Assembly: GCA_031316235.1 (NCBI GenBank)
Contig: JALDRA010000001.1
Coordinates: 3,450,001-3,482,000, forward strand
DNA length: 32,000 nt
Direction: 5' to 3'
Source: Candidatus Scalindua sp.
GTDB lineage: Bacteria; Planctomycetota; Brocadiia; Brocadiales; Scalinduaceae
Shown piece by piece: positions 1 to 8,193 of this stretch. Within the stretch, counting starts at the first letter, position 1. Each line of letters opens with the position of its first letter. A program made the position numbers and the translations under genes. The notes under the pieces are model-generated. The model was not told where the DNA came from. It did not search any database and worked only from the letters and a program-made list of their open reading frames with translations.

Positions 1-953
1 GTACAAGAATAACCGTTACCTATGATCCAATTGAAAATGTTGGTCTTTATATCCCGGGAGGTTCTGCATCGTATCCTTCAACAGTACTCATGAATGCGAT
101 GCCTGCTAAAGTTGCAGGGGTGAAAAATATCGCTGTCGTCTCACCGCCTGGGAAAGACGGGAGTTTATCACCTGAAAGGCTGGTTGCCTGCAAGGAATCT
201 GAGGTAGATGAGATCTATAAGATTGGAGGCGTACATGCAGTTGCGGCGCTTGCATTCGGTACGAAGACAGTACGGAAGGTTGACATGATAGTTGGTCCGG
301 GTAATATCTATGTTACCCTTGCCAAAAAAGAGGTATTTGGACATGTCGGAATCGATATATTAGCGGGTCCGAGCGAAGTCCTGATCATTGCGGATCATTC
401 TGCAAATGCTGTTTTTATTGCTGCCGATCTGCTTTCTCAGGCGGAACATGCCCCTGGCATATCAATATTAGTTACCGACTCTGAGAAATTTGCAAATGAC
501 GTCTTACATGAGACAGATCGGCAGTTGTTAAGTGTACCCCGGAGCGACTGCGTCAGAGAATCACTTGCGAAGTTTGGTTTCATTCTCATCACAAAAGATC
601 TTGACGAGGCAATTGCTGTAACAAATACTCTTGCTCCAGAGCATCTCCAGATAGTTACAAGAAATGATGAAAGTGTTCTGTCGGGGATAAAGCATGCAGG
701 GGCAATATTTCTGGGTCCCTATTCACCCGTTGCGGTAGGGGATTATATTGCCGGACCGTCCCATGTCTTACCAACGGGAAGCACCGCTCGATTTTTTTCC
801 GGTTTGTCTGTGAACGACTTTCTGAAAAGGAAGAGTATTATGACAAATTCAAAACATGATCTGGCTTCACTGGCAGATGATATTATCACCATTTCAGAAG
901 CTGAAGGTCTTTGGGCACATGCTCAATCGGTGCGCGTGAGAATGGAAAAATGA
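1..953 (+). CDS. hisD: histidinol dehydrogenase, C-terminal part (5' end outside window)
   Basis: The frame is open from the window edge (codon phase starts at nt 3) to TGA at 951-953. The translation GLYIPGGSASYPSTVLMNAMPAKVAGV...LLSQAEHAPG...APEHLQIV...GDYIAGPSHVLPTGSTARF matches the conserved HisD core. Confidence 0.95.
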   Translation, partial: TRITVTYDPIENVGLYIPGGSASYPSTVLMNAMPAKVAGVKNIAVVSPPGKDGSLSPERLVACKESEVDEIYKIGGVHAVAALAFGTKTVRKVDMIVGPGNIYVTLAKKEVFGHVGIDILAGPSEVLIIADHSANAVFIAADLLSQAEHAPGISILVTDSEKFANDVLHETDRQLLSVPRSDCVRESLAKFGFILITKDLDEAIAVTNTLAPEHLQIVTRNDESVLSGIKHAGAIFLGPYSPVAVGDYIAGPSHVLPTGSTARFFSGLSVNDFLKRKSIMTNSKHDLASLADDIITISEAEGLWAHAQSVRVRMEK

Positions 954-986
954 GTCTCGGATCTGGCTTTTATCTTGAACCTGTGA

Positions 987-1098
987 TATACTGAAACCGA
1001 TTTGGTTTTCGGTTTTTCTGGAAACCAAATCTTGGTGAAGGCATACTCGCTCCATTTTATCTCAGATTTTATCCGAAAACCATTATGAGATGAGTATA
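987..1098 (+). repeat. modular palindromic intergenic element, copy 1 (modules A+C, canonical)
   Basis: tatactgaaaccgatttggttttcggtttttctggaaaccaaatcttggtgaaggcatactcgctcc...cattatgagatgagtata. It differs from copy 3 at about 6 of 112 positions by eye. It lies between hisD and hisC. Confidence 0.9.
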
Positions 1099-1152
1099 AT
1101 TCTGATCAGAAACCAGGTTTTCTCACATTCATTTTGACTCTTTAATTCTGGA

Positions 1153-2241
1153 GTGTCCAGACTGGATTTTATTACCATGACAACACGATCAAGTTACTTT
1201 AGAAAGAACATTGATAGAATGGCCGGATACGTTCCTGGAGAACAACCCCGGGATGGCGCGTATATCAAGCTCAATACTAATGAGAATCCGTATCCACCAT
1301 CACCAAAAGTACTGGCGGCATTGAAGGAGGCTGTGGATGAAAAATTGCGGCTCTATCCCGATCCGAATGCAACGGCTGTGAAGGAAAAGGCGGCCGAGAT
1401 TTTTAGCACACGTCCTGAACGTGTCATGGTGGGGAATGGTTCAGATGAACTATTAACCATAATAATTCGCTGCTTTGTAGGGGAGGGAGATAAAGTTGTT
1501 TATCCCTATCCAACGTATCTGCTTTATAAGATCCTCTCTGATATTCAAGATGGTACGGTGTGCACTGTGAACTTTCCTGAAGACTATTCCCTACCGGAAG
1601 AGATTATAAGCAAGGGGGCATCAATTATTTTTATCTGTAATCCGAATTCTCCTTCCGGAACGATGGTATCTGTCGATGAGGTATCAAACATTGCAGGTAA
1701 GACAAACAGTGTAATTGTAGTTGATGAGGCATATGTTGATTTTGCTGATGATAACTGCTTGAGACTGGTAGACGAACATCCAAACCTGATTATCCTGCGT
1801 ACTTTGTCAAAGTCATATTCTTTAGCGGGAATGCGTCTGGGGTTTGCTGTTGCCCAGGAAGGCTTGATAGGCGGGATGATGAAGGTCAAGGATTCGTATA
1901 ATGTAAACAGGCTGGGTATGGCAGCTGCAATTGCAGCATTAGGTGATCAGGAAACATTCCGGGAAAACGTTGCCAGAATAAAACGGACGAGAGGACACCT
2001 CGTGGACTCACTGGGGAAACTGGGGTTTCATGTATATCCGTCCCAGACTAATTTTGTGATGATAAAGTGTGCGGGCAGCTCTGTGGCCAAAGGGATATAT
2101 GGAAGATTGAAAGAACAGAAGATTCTTATCCGGTACATCGATGAACCAAGCCTGGACGATTGTCTCAGAATTACGGTTGGGACAGATGGGGAAATAGAGA
2201 CATTGCTCAAGAAAATGGAGGAGATAAAACGTTCTCTGTAG
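1153..2241 (+). CDS. hisC: histidinol-phosphate aminotransferase
   Basis: The translation contains GYVPGEQP, LNTNENPYPPSP, YPDP, NPNSPSG and TLSKSYSLAGMRLG (PLP lysine motif). The start is ambiguous: GTG at 1153 or ATG at 1177. Confidence 0.93.
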   Translation: MSRLDFITMTTRSSYFRKNIDRMAGYVPGEQPRDGAYIKLNTNENPYPPSPKVLAALKEAVDEKLRLYPDPNATAVKEKAAEIFSTRPERVMVGNGSDELLTIIIRCFVGEGDKVVYPYPTYLLYKILSDIQDGTVCTVNFPEDYSLPEEIISKGASIIFICNPNSPSGTMVSVDEVSNIAGKTNSVIVVDEAYVDFADDNCLRLVDEHPNLIILRTLSKSYSLAGMRLGFAVAQEGLIGGMMKVKDSYNVNRLGMAAAIAALGDQETFRENVARIKRTRGHLVDSLGKLGFHVYPSQTNFVMIKCAGSSVAKGIYGRLKEQKILIRYIDEPSLDDCLRITVGTDGEIETLLKKMEEIKRSL

Positions 2242-2370
2242 GATTTCGGAATTCGGCCTGCGGATTGTGGAATATTTACCTTGTATCAGGACTGCCGCTT
2301 GAAAACCCTCCTGGAAACATCATGCACAGGTTGGCAGTTTGTGTTCAGTCACTAAATAGGAGAAACTGCT

Positions 2371-2961
2371 ATGAGTATGAGAACGTCACATATCTGCAGA
2401 AAAACAGATGAGACAAGCGTAAGTCTATCGCTTAATCTGGATGGAAAGGGGAAGAGGTCGATATCTACCGGCATTGGTTTCTTTGATCACATGCTGGATC
2501 TCCTGGCAAAACACGCTTTGTTTGATCTGGAGATCAAGGCATCAGGAGATACTGAGGTTGACTATCATCATACGGTTGAAGACGTTGGTATCTGTTTGGG
2601 CCGTGCAGTGAAGGAGGCTCTGGGTGATAAAGCCGGGATTACCCGTTTTGCTAATGCCAGTATTCCAATGCAGGAGTCTCTGGCCAATGTTGCGGTTGAT
2701 ATAAGCGGCCGTTCTGCACTGGTATTTCGTGTGAAATTGGAGACAGAAAAGATAGGGGATTTTGATACGGAATTGATAAAAGAGTTTCTGGAGGCGTTTA
2801 CGGTAAATGCCGGCCTCAATCTTCATGTTGAAGTTCCGTACGGTGAAAATGCACATCACATATCAGAGGGTATATTCAAAGGTATTGCAAAGGCACTTGA
2901 CAGGGCCATGAGAATAGACAACCGAACGGACGGTGTTCCCTCAACAAAGGGTGTACTCTGA
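2371..2961 (+). CDS. hisB: imidazoleglycerol-phosphate dehydratase
   Basis: The translation contains [55 protein letters not shown] and EGIFKG.AKAL. An aggag ribosome-binding site lies 8-12 nt upstream of the ATG. Confidence 0.95.
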   Translation: MSMRTSHICRKTDETSVSLSLNLDGKGKRSISTGIGFFDHMLDLLAKHALFDLEIKASGDTEVDYHHTVEDVGICLGRAVKEALGDKAGITRFANASIPMQESLANVAVDISGRSALVFRVKLETEKIGDFDTELIKEFLEAFTVNAGLNLHVEVPYGENAHHISEGIFKGIAKALDRAMRIDNRTDGVPSTKGVL

Positions 2962-3064
2962 TATGAGGAGATTACTCAGGTTGTCAGGCTCTGATTGAAA
3001 TGGGTTCTGTGAAAAAAGGCCAGGTCTGCAAGGGAGCAGGAAAGACTGTTTTCAGAACCCTGTT

Positions 3065-4348
3065 ATGAGTAAGTTTGTTTGTTTGAAAAACGGCGCCTTT
3101 ACACGGATGTATGAATTAAATCGAAAGGGATTTTTTGTGACACTATATACGATACAGGTTTTTAGACAGAGACATTTATTGCCCAGTACGTTTTTCACTT
3201 TTTATTTTATGTTCCTGGCCGTTTCTTTCCATACTGCATGGGCGGATGACCAGAAGGGAGAGAGTGTAAGATATCAATCAGAATACTTCGGGGCCAGGGT
3301 GGCAAAAACACCCTGGCCGATGCATCGGCATGATTTACGCCATACCGGGAGGAGTCCTTACGTGGGCGCTCAGACAAATGGGATAAAATGGAAGTTCCAG
3401 GCCGGGGCTTCAATCTCCTCTTCCCCCGTTATTGGTATCGATGGGACTGTTTTCTTCGGATCACAGGATAAGCACTTCTATGCAATCAACCCGGATGGTT
3501 CTCTGAAATGGAAATTTGAGACAGGAGATGATGTGGATTCAACTGCGACCATTGATATTGATGGTATAATCTATTTCGGTTCATGGGATAGGTATCTGTA
3601 TGCACTGTATCCGGATGGTAAACTGAAATGGAAGTACAAATCAGATGGAGGCATTATCTCATCCCCCGCGATAGGGGATGATGGGACCCTTTACTTTGGA
3701 TGCTGGGACGATAGGATACATGCTGTGGATTCCAGCGGTAAACAAAAATGGGTGTACAAGACGGCTGATCACATATGGTCTTCACCTGCCATCGGCGACG
3801 ATGGCACGGTGTATTGCGGGTCTGAAGATTACTATATGTTTGCTCTCAGGCCTGATGGAAAGGCTGTCTGGTCATTTGGTACACACTACCTGCTTGAATC
3901 TTCTCCTTCTATCGGAGACGACGGGACCATTTATTTTGGTTCTGAAGATGCCAATCTCTTTGCCCTGGAGCCATCCGGCCGCCTAAAATGGCAGTTTAAG
4001 ACTGAATATGATATTGATTCTTCGCCAGCCCTGGCGAGCGACGGGACAATTTATGTCGGGTCTGGTGACGGGTTCTTGTACGCACTTAATCCTGATGGAA
4101 CACTGAAGTGGAAGTTTGAGACAAGGTATTCAATAATGTCATCTCCTGCTGTAGATGCCAATGGGACTGTCTACATTGGTTCCAGAGACAAAAAATTCTA
4201 TGCCATGAACAGCGATGGCACCCTGAAGTGGTATATTGAAACAGGAGGAGCCATTGAATCCTCGGCCGCCATAGATGAAGATGGGACTATTTATATTGCC
4301 TCAACAGATGGCATACTCTATGCTATCGGGGAAAAGCTTGATCCCTGA
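3065..4348 (+). CDS. secreted PQQ-like/BamB-like 8-bladed beta-propeller repeat protein
   Basis: There are eight consecutive 40-aa units (DGT[IV]YFGS.D..LYA[LI]NPDG.LKWKFET.....SSPAI) with exact 120-bp periodicity from about 3431 to 4340. A hydrophobic leader ends in HTAWA/DD. The true start is uncertain (3065, 3107 or later). Confidence 0.85.
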   Translation: MSKFVCLKNGAFTRMYELNRKGFFVTLYTIQVFRQRHLLPSTFFTFYFMFLAVSFHTAWADDQKGESVRYQSEYFGARVAKTPWPMHRHDLRHTGRSPYVGAQTNGIKWKFQAGASISSSPVIGIDGTVFFGSQDKHFYAINPDGSLKWKFETGDDVDSTATIDIDGIIYFGSWDRYLYALYPDGKLKWKYKSDGGIISSPAIGDDGTLYFGCWDDRIHAVDSSGKQKWVYKTADHIWSSPAIGDDGTVYCGSEDYYMFALRPDGKAVWSFGTHYLLESSPSIGDDGTIYFGSEDANLFALEPSGRLKWQFKTEYDIDSSPALASDGTIYVGSGDGFLYALNPDGTLKWKFETRYSIMSSPAVDANGTVYIGSRDKKFYAMNSDGTLKWYIETGGAIESSAAIDEDGTIYIASTDGILYAIGEKLDP

Positions 4349-4467
4349 GCCGTAATCGAAAAATTCTAAAAAATAAAAAAAAGAGGATAAGAGGAGACAT
4401 CTGGAGAAACCGGGAAGTCACTGTTTTTTATAATGGAGAGAGCTCTCTTCTTTACCTGTTGAAATGA

Positions 4468-4580
4468 TATACTAAAACCGATTTGGTTTTCGGTATTACC
4501 GGAAACTAAATATTTGTTGCCGTTATGCTCGCTCAATTTTATCTCGGATTGTATCAGAAAATCATTATAAGATGAGTATA
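4468..4580 (+). repeat. modular palindromic intergenic element, copy 2 (A+C, more diverged)
   Basis: tatactaaaaccgatttggttttcggtattaccggaaactaaatatttgttgccgttatgctcgctcaattttatctcggattgtatcagaaaatcattataagatgagtata. It lies 17 nt upstream of the hisA start. Confidence 0.88.
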
Positions 4581-4596
4581 AAACAATAATATACCC

Positions 4597-5364
4597 ATGA
4601 GATTTAGACCGTGCATAGACTTGCGGGAGGGGCGTGTTGTTCAGATTATTGGAGGGTCTCTTGATGAAAGCAACTCAGAGAAATTAAAGACCAATTTTGA
4701 GACAGATCGTTCTCCTGCGTATTTTGCAGAAATGTACAAGGAAGATAATCTTCCCGGTGGCCATGTGATATCACTTGGACCAGGCAACGAGGAGGCTGTT
4801 CTCTCCGCGCTCCATGCCTTTCCAGATGGATTCCATGTTGGAGGAGGGATATCACCTCAAAATGCTGGTATGTATCTTGACGCGGGAGCAAGCCATGTAA
4901 TTGTGACATCATATGTATTCTCTGATGGAAAAGTCGACATGGATAAGCTCCGTTTACTTCAAGGCACTGTTGGCAAAAACCGACTGGTACTGGATCTGAG
5001 CTGTCGGAAAAAGGGGTCTGGCTTCTGGATTGTAACCGACAGGTGGCAAAAGTTCACGAATGTGTCTATCGACCGTGAACTGCTTGATCAGCTTTCAGTC
5101 CATTGCGACGAATTTCTGGTGCATGGGGTTGATGTTGAAGGGAAAATGGAAGGAATTCAATCGGATCTCATTACAATTCTCGGAAAATATTCTCCGATCC
5201 CAGTAACCTATGCCGGTGGCGTCAGATCCCTTACAGACCTTGGCATGGTGAAGGAATTTGGCCTGGATCGGGTAGACCTCACCATTGGCAGTGCACTGGA
5301 TATTTTTGGAGGAGGTATTCCCTACCGCAGCGTTGTGAATTGGTTCAATCCAGCAATACATTAA
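4597..5364 (+). CDS. hisA: ProFAR isomerase, eukaryote-type (yeast His6-like) HisA
   Basis: The translation MRFRPCIDLREGRVVQIIGGSL...KTNF...GGHVI.LGPGN...VGGGI...VIVTS...LVLDLSCRK..G.W.V..D.WQ....EFLVH.VDVEG...GI...YAGG....DL......VDLT.GSALDIFGG aligns along its full length to my memory of S. cerevisiae His6 rather than to classical bacterial HisA. Confidence 0.88.
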   Translation: MRFRPCIDLREGRVVQIIGGSLDESNSEKLKTNFETDRSPAYFAEMYKEDNLPGGHVISLGPGNEEAVLSALHAFPDGFHVGGGISPQNAGMYLDAGASHVIVTSYVFSDGKVDMDKLRLLQGTVGKNRLVLDLSCRKKGSGFWIVTDRWQKFTNVSIDRELLDQLSVHCDEFLVHGVDVEGKMEGIQSDLITILGKYSPIPVTYAGGVRSLTDLGMVKEFGLDRVDLTIGSALDIFGGGIPYRSVVNWFNPAIH

Positions 5365-5710
5365 AGCAAGGCGGCAGGCTGGACTGCTTCGCTTGCTCAG
5401 GAATCTGAGTTTTTCGTTACTATCATTTCCAATCATCTCTCCCTTCTTCCCGGTTACTGCTCATCAGGCAAATAGACACTGTCTCGACTTGTTGATGATG
5501 CGGCAAACGGCATAGAAATGGAAATTATAACAGAGCTGAAACAGGTAACTATGCGAAGGGTGATGAGAGTGAACCGGGCTGTTTTTCTGTCGAAAACCAT
5601 TCACTGTTTCAAATATTTCCATAGCTTGATTTCTCGGGGTAAATTTGTCATAATTCACTCCCATACAGTGCCGATATTTTTTGCGAAATTTTTTTACAAG
5701 GAGGTGTATT

Positions 5711-5941
5711 GTGAGATGCTACATTTGCGACCATGAAGGGGAAAAAAATATAGAGACTTTAGCGGTATGCGTTGTATGCGGGATTGCAGTTTGCAAAAAA
5801 CATCAGATTCGTGAACAACTACCCGTAACAGAGACCTACAAATGGGGGTTGGGAGAGGAAAAAGTGACGCTGCCGGTACCGCTTCCCCAGGTTTTATGCA
5901 CCTGGTGTCATCAGGCCCTGGTCGTCCAGAAAAATCGATAA
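5711..5941 (+). CDS. DUF2180-like small zinc-ribbon protein
   Basis: Three CxxC pairs are present (CYIC, CVVC, CTWC) in the arrangement I recall for DUF2180. An aaggagg site at 5699-5705 favours the GTG at 5711 over the ORF-track start at 5681. Confidence 0.65.
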   Translation: MRCYICDHEGEKNIETLAVCVVCGIAVCKKHQIREQLPVTETYKWGLGEEKVTLPVPLPQVLCTWCHQALVVQKNR

Positions 5942-5978
5942 TGCTCTCAGATGTCTTATGATTACAGCGTAATAGACC

Positions 5979-7304
5979 ATGAAAAAAAACAGCCTCATTG
6001 AGAAAATTGCTGAACATCTTGAAGTTATTAAAAAGTGTTCAATTCCATCCAATCACGGAACAGTTTTGTTGGCAACTCTTCTGGAATCCCGCTATCCGTA
6101 TGTATACCCGAGAGATAATTCCAGTGCCTCCATGCTGTTCAGGAAAATGGTTGAAAAAGACCTGGATCCCGGTGGAGATGCTTTTCGTCTTTTAAAAGGG
6201 GTGGCACAATTCATAGCATTTGTTCAGGACGAAAACGGGCAGTGGGGGCAGCGCTATGGGTTAAACGGGCAGAACAAAGCCATTTATATTCAAGAAGATA
6301 ACACGGCTCATGGAGGCATCATCCTGGCTAACTATTTATTGGCCTGTCACTCCCGGCAAGAGGAGCCTGCTGAACTGGAGGACTATCTGAAAAGGATAAA
6401 AATGGCAATCCAGTATGCCCTCAAATTTTTTTATCGTGAGGAGATATTTCTGTTCTTTTCTACCACCAGCATACATGAATCTGCCATTGAAAAGGGCTAC
6501 AGCATCTGGGTAAATCATCTTTACATCCTCTTTTTTAATCTCATTTTACAACTGGCAAAGAAATTTGACTTGAAGGATCTTTTCAAGGAAGAGCTTTCAT
6601 TCCGGTGCAGATTCTGCCAGTCCGTTCATCGGCGCTTCATACTCAGTGACAGATTCGTCAGACGCATAACAAAAGACGGAACCCTTGATTTGAGACCTGA
6701 TGTTACCCTGATAAGCCCCTTTTATTTCCAGTGTAAAGAGAGTCACTGTGATTCCTGTGCCCTGGATGAAAACTATGAGATTATTACCAATTCTGTCAAC
6801 TACATGGTAGAGAACCTCTGGGATTCTGAACTCGGCATGCTACAAAGATACCTCCCTTTTACGGAAGATATTGAAACTCATATCCATGCCGGAAACGGAC
6901 CCTGGATCCAGTATACAGCGATGCTGGCTCAGTATTACTACAAAACCGGGGCAATTGAGAAAGGTGATGTTATTTTGGACCAGATTGACAAATATAAGAC
7001 CGGTCAAGGGTATATTCCTGAGCATTTAAGTACGAAAAGAAGATTTGAAGAGTTTATACGCCTGGAATGGGAAGTAGGCCTTGACGCAAAGAAAGAGTTT
7101 CATCCGGATATTTTAGTTCCCAACCTCTCCTACGATTTTATTGTTGATGAGCTTTTCTTCATGAAAAAAAGTTATGACAGGATAAGAAAGGAAATTGCTG
7201 AAGAAAAGAAAACTGTTATCCAGTTTGCCGTACCCCTCATGTGGTCTCATGTAGAGTACGCGAGAGCCCTTATTGCCAAATACGAATATCAATGGGCTGA
7301 TTAA
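5979..7304 (+). CDS. glycoside hydrolase family 15 protein (glucoamylase/glucodextranase/trehalase-like)
   Basis: GH15-type motifs are present: YVYPRDNS near the N-terminus, GPWIQYTAMLAQYY, GYIPEHL (candidate catalytic Glu) and PLMWSHVEYARAL. Confidence 0.78.
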   Translation: MKKNSLIEKIAEHLEVIKKCSIPSNHGTVLLATLLESRYPYVYPRDNSSASMLFRKMVEKDLDPGGDAFRLLKGVAQFIAFVQDENGQWGQRYGLNGQNKAIYIQEDNTAHGGIILANYLLACHSRQEEPAELEDYLKRIKMAIQYALKFFYREEIFLFFSTTSIHESAIEKGYSIWVNHLYILFFNLILQLAKKFDLKDLFKEELSFRCRFCQSVHRRFILSDRFVRRITKDGTLDLRPDVTLISPFYFQCKESHCDSCALDENYEIITNSVNYMVENLWDSELGMLQRYLPFTEDIETHIHAGNGPWIQYTAMLAQYYYKTGAIEKGDVILDQIDKYKTGQGYIPEHLSTKRRFEEFIRLEWEVGLDAKKEFHPDILVPNLSYDFIVDELFFMKKSYDRIRKEIAEEKKTVIQFAVPLMWSHVEYARALIAKYEYQWAD

Positions 7305-7412
7305 AGAGATCCGGCAGGTCTGGCAACACCTGCTGAGAGTTAAACAAGGAGCACGGTAAATCCACTTCAGGGAGACTGTATAGAGCAGGAGGGATCAGCC
7401 CGGAGTGTAACT

Positions 7413-7523
7413 ATACTAAAACCGATTTAGTTTTCGGTTTTACTGGAAACCAAATCTTGGTGAAGGTATACTCGCTCAATTTTATCTCGGATTTTATCCG
7501 AAAACCATTATGAGATGAGTATA
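7413..7523 (+). repeat. modular palindromic intergenic element, copy 3 (A+C, canonical)
   Basis: tatactaaaaccgatttagttttcggttttactggaaaccaaatcttggtgaaggtatactcgctcaattttatctcggattttatccgaaaaccattatgagatgagtata. It lies between the convergent GH15 and receiver genes, and ends 21 nt from the receiver stop codon. Confidence 0.92.
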
Positions 7524-7544
7524 GTACTGAAGTACAGGCCTGTC

Positions 7545-8048
7545 CTACTTCCAATTGCCTTCAGCATCCCGTATTTTCTTACATGAGGGACAAATGGGAA
7601 GCAGGCCGGATAGGGTGGTTATCTTGGGCAGTGCGCCCTGGAGCTCTTCAATGAGTCTCCTTCGTTCTTTTTCTATCCGATGCTTATAAAGGGCAATTTC
7701 TATCGATATTTTTAAATCCTCATTTACGAAAGGCTTGACAATATATCCGAATGGTTCAGTTATGCTTGCCCGTTCCAGTGTATTCTCATCTGCATATGCG
7801 GTGAGATAGATAATGGGAATATTGTAACAAGCGCGGATTTGACGGGCAGCTTCTATTCCATCCATTTCACCCTTTAACACAATATCCATCAGCACTAGAT
7901 CGGGCCTACCCTTTTCAGCATTTTGAATTGCCTCTTCCCCTGATGAGGAGACAGAGGTTACCGTATAGCCTAAACTCTCCAGACTCATTTTAATATCTTC
8001 AGCAGTTATCCATTCATCTTCAACAATCATTATTTTAGCCTTTGCCAT
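7545..8048 (-). CDS. CheY-like response regulator receiver with a 40-aa C-terminal tail ending in a CxxCKKIRD motif
   Basis: Receiver motifs are present: IMIVEDE, DLVLMDIVL and YIVKPF. The tail RRRLIEELQGALPKITTLSGLLPICPSCKKIRDAEGNWK has no DNA-binding domain. It is a close paralog of 13176..13568. Confidence 0.9.
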   Translation of the reverse strand: MAKAKIMIVEDEWITAEDIKMSLESLGYTVTSVSSSGEEAIQNAEKGRPDLVLMDIVLKGEMDGIEAARQIRACYNIPIIYLTAYADENTLERASITEPFGYIVKPFVNEDLKISIEIALYKHRIEKERRRLIEELQGALPKITTLSGLLPICPSCKKIRDAEGNWK

Positions 8049-8193
8049 AGTTTGTTCCTTTCTTACAGAAATAGTTAATATGATGGACCTGTTATCTTAC
8101 CTCTGGTCAGCCATAAGGGGTAAACTTTCAATGAATTTTTTCCTGAGACCTGAGACGTCAGAGAACTCATGACCAGTGACGTATGGCTACTTA

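Noticed and set aside
1081-1098. Mini-ORF ATG-AGA-TGA present in the 3' arm of every element copy
   Set aside because: It has only two sense codons, no RBS, and is part of the terminal stem. This is a coincidence of the palindrome sequence.
5365-5710. Small ORFs (5464..5664 minus, 5518..5736 plus) and a weak hairpin after hisA
   Set aside because: The ORFs overlap each other, lack motifs and lack an RBS. The hairpin (agcaaggcg...cgcttgct) is imperfect with no U-tract. I treat the region as plain intergenic or promoter DNA.
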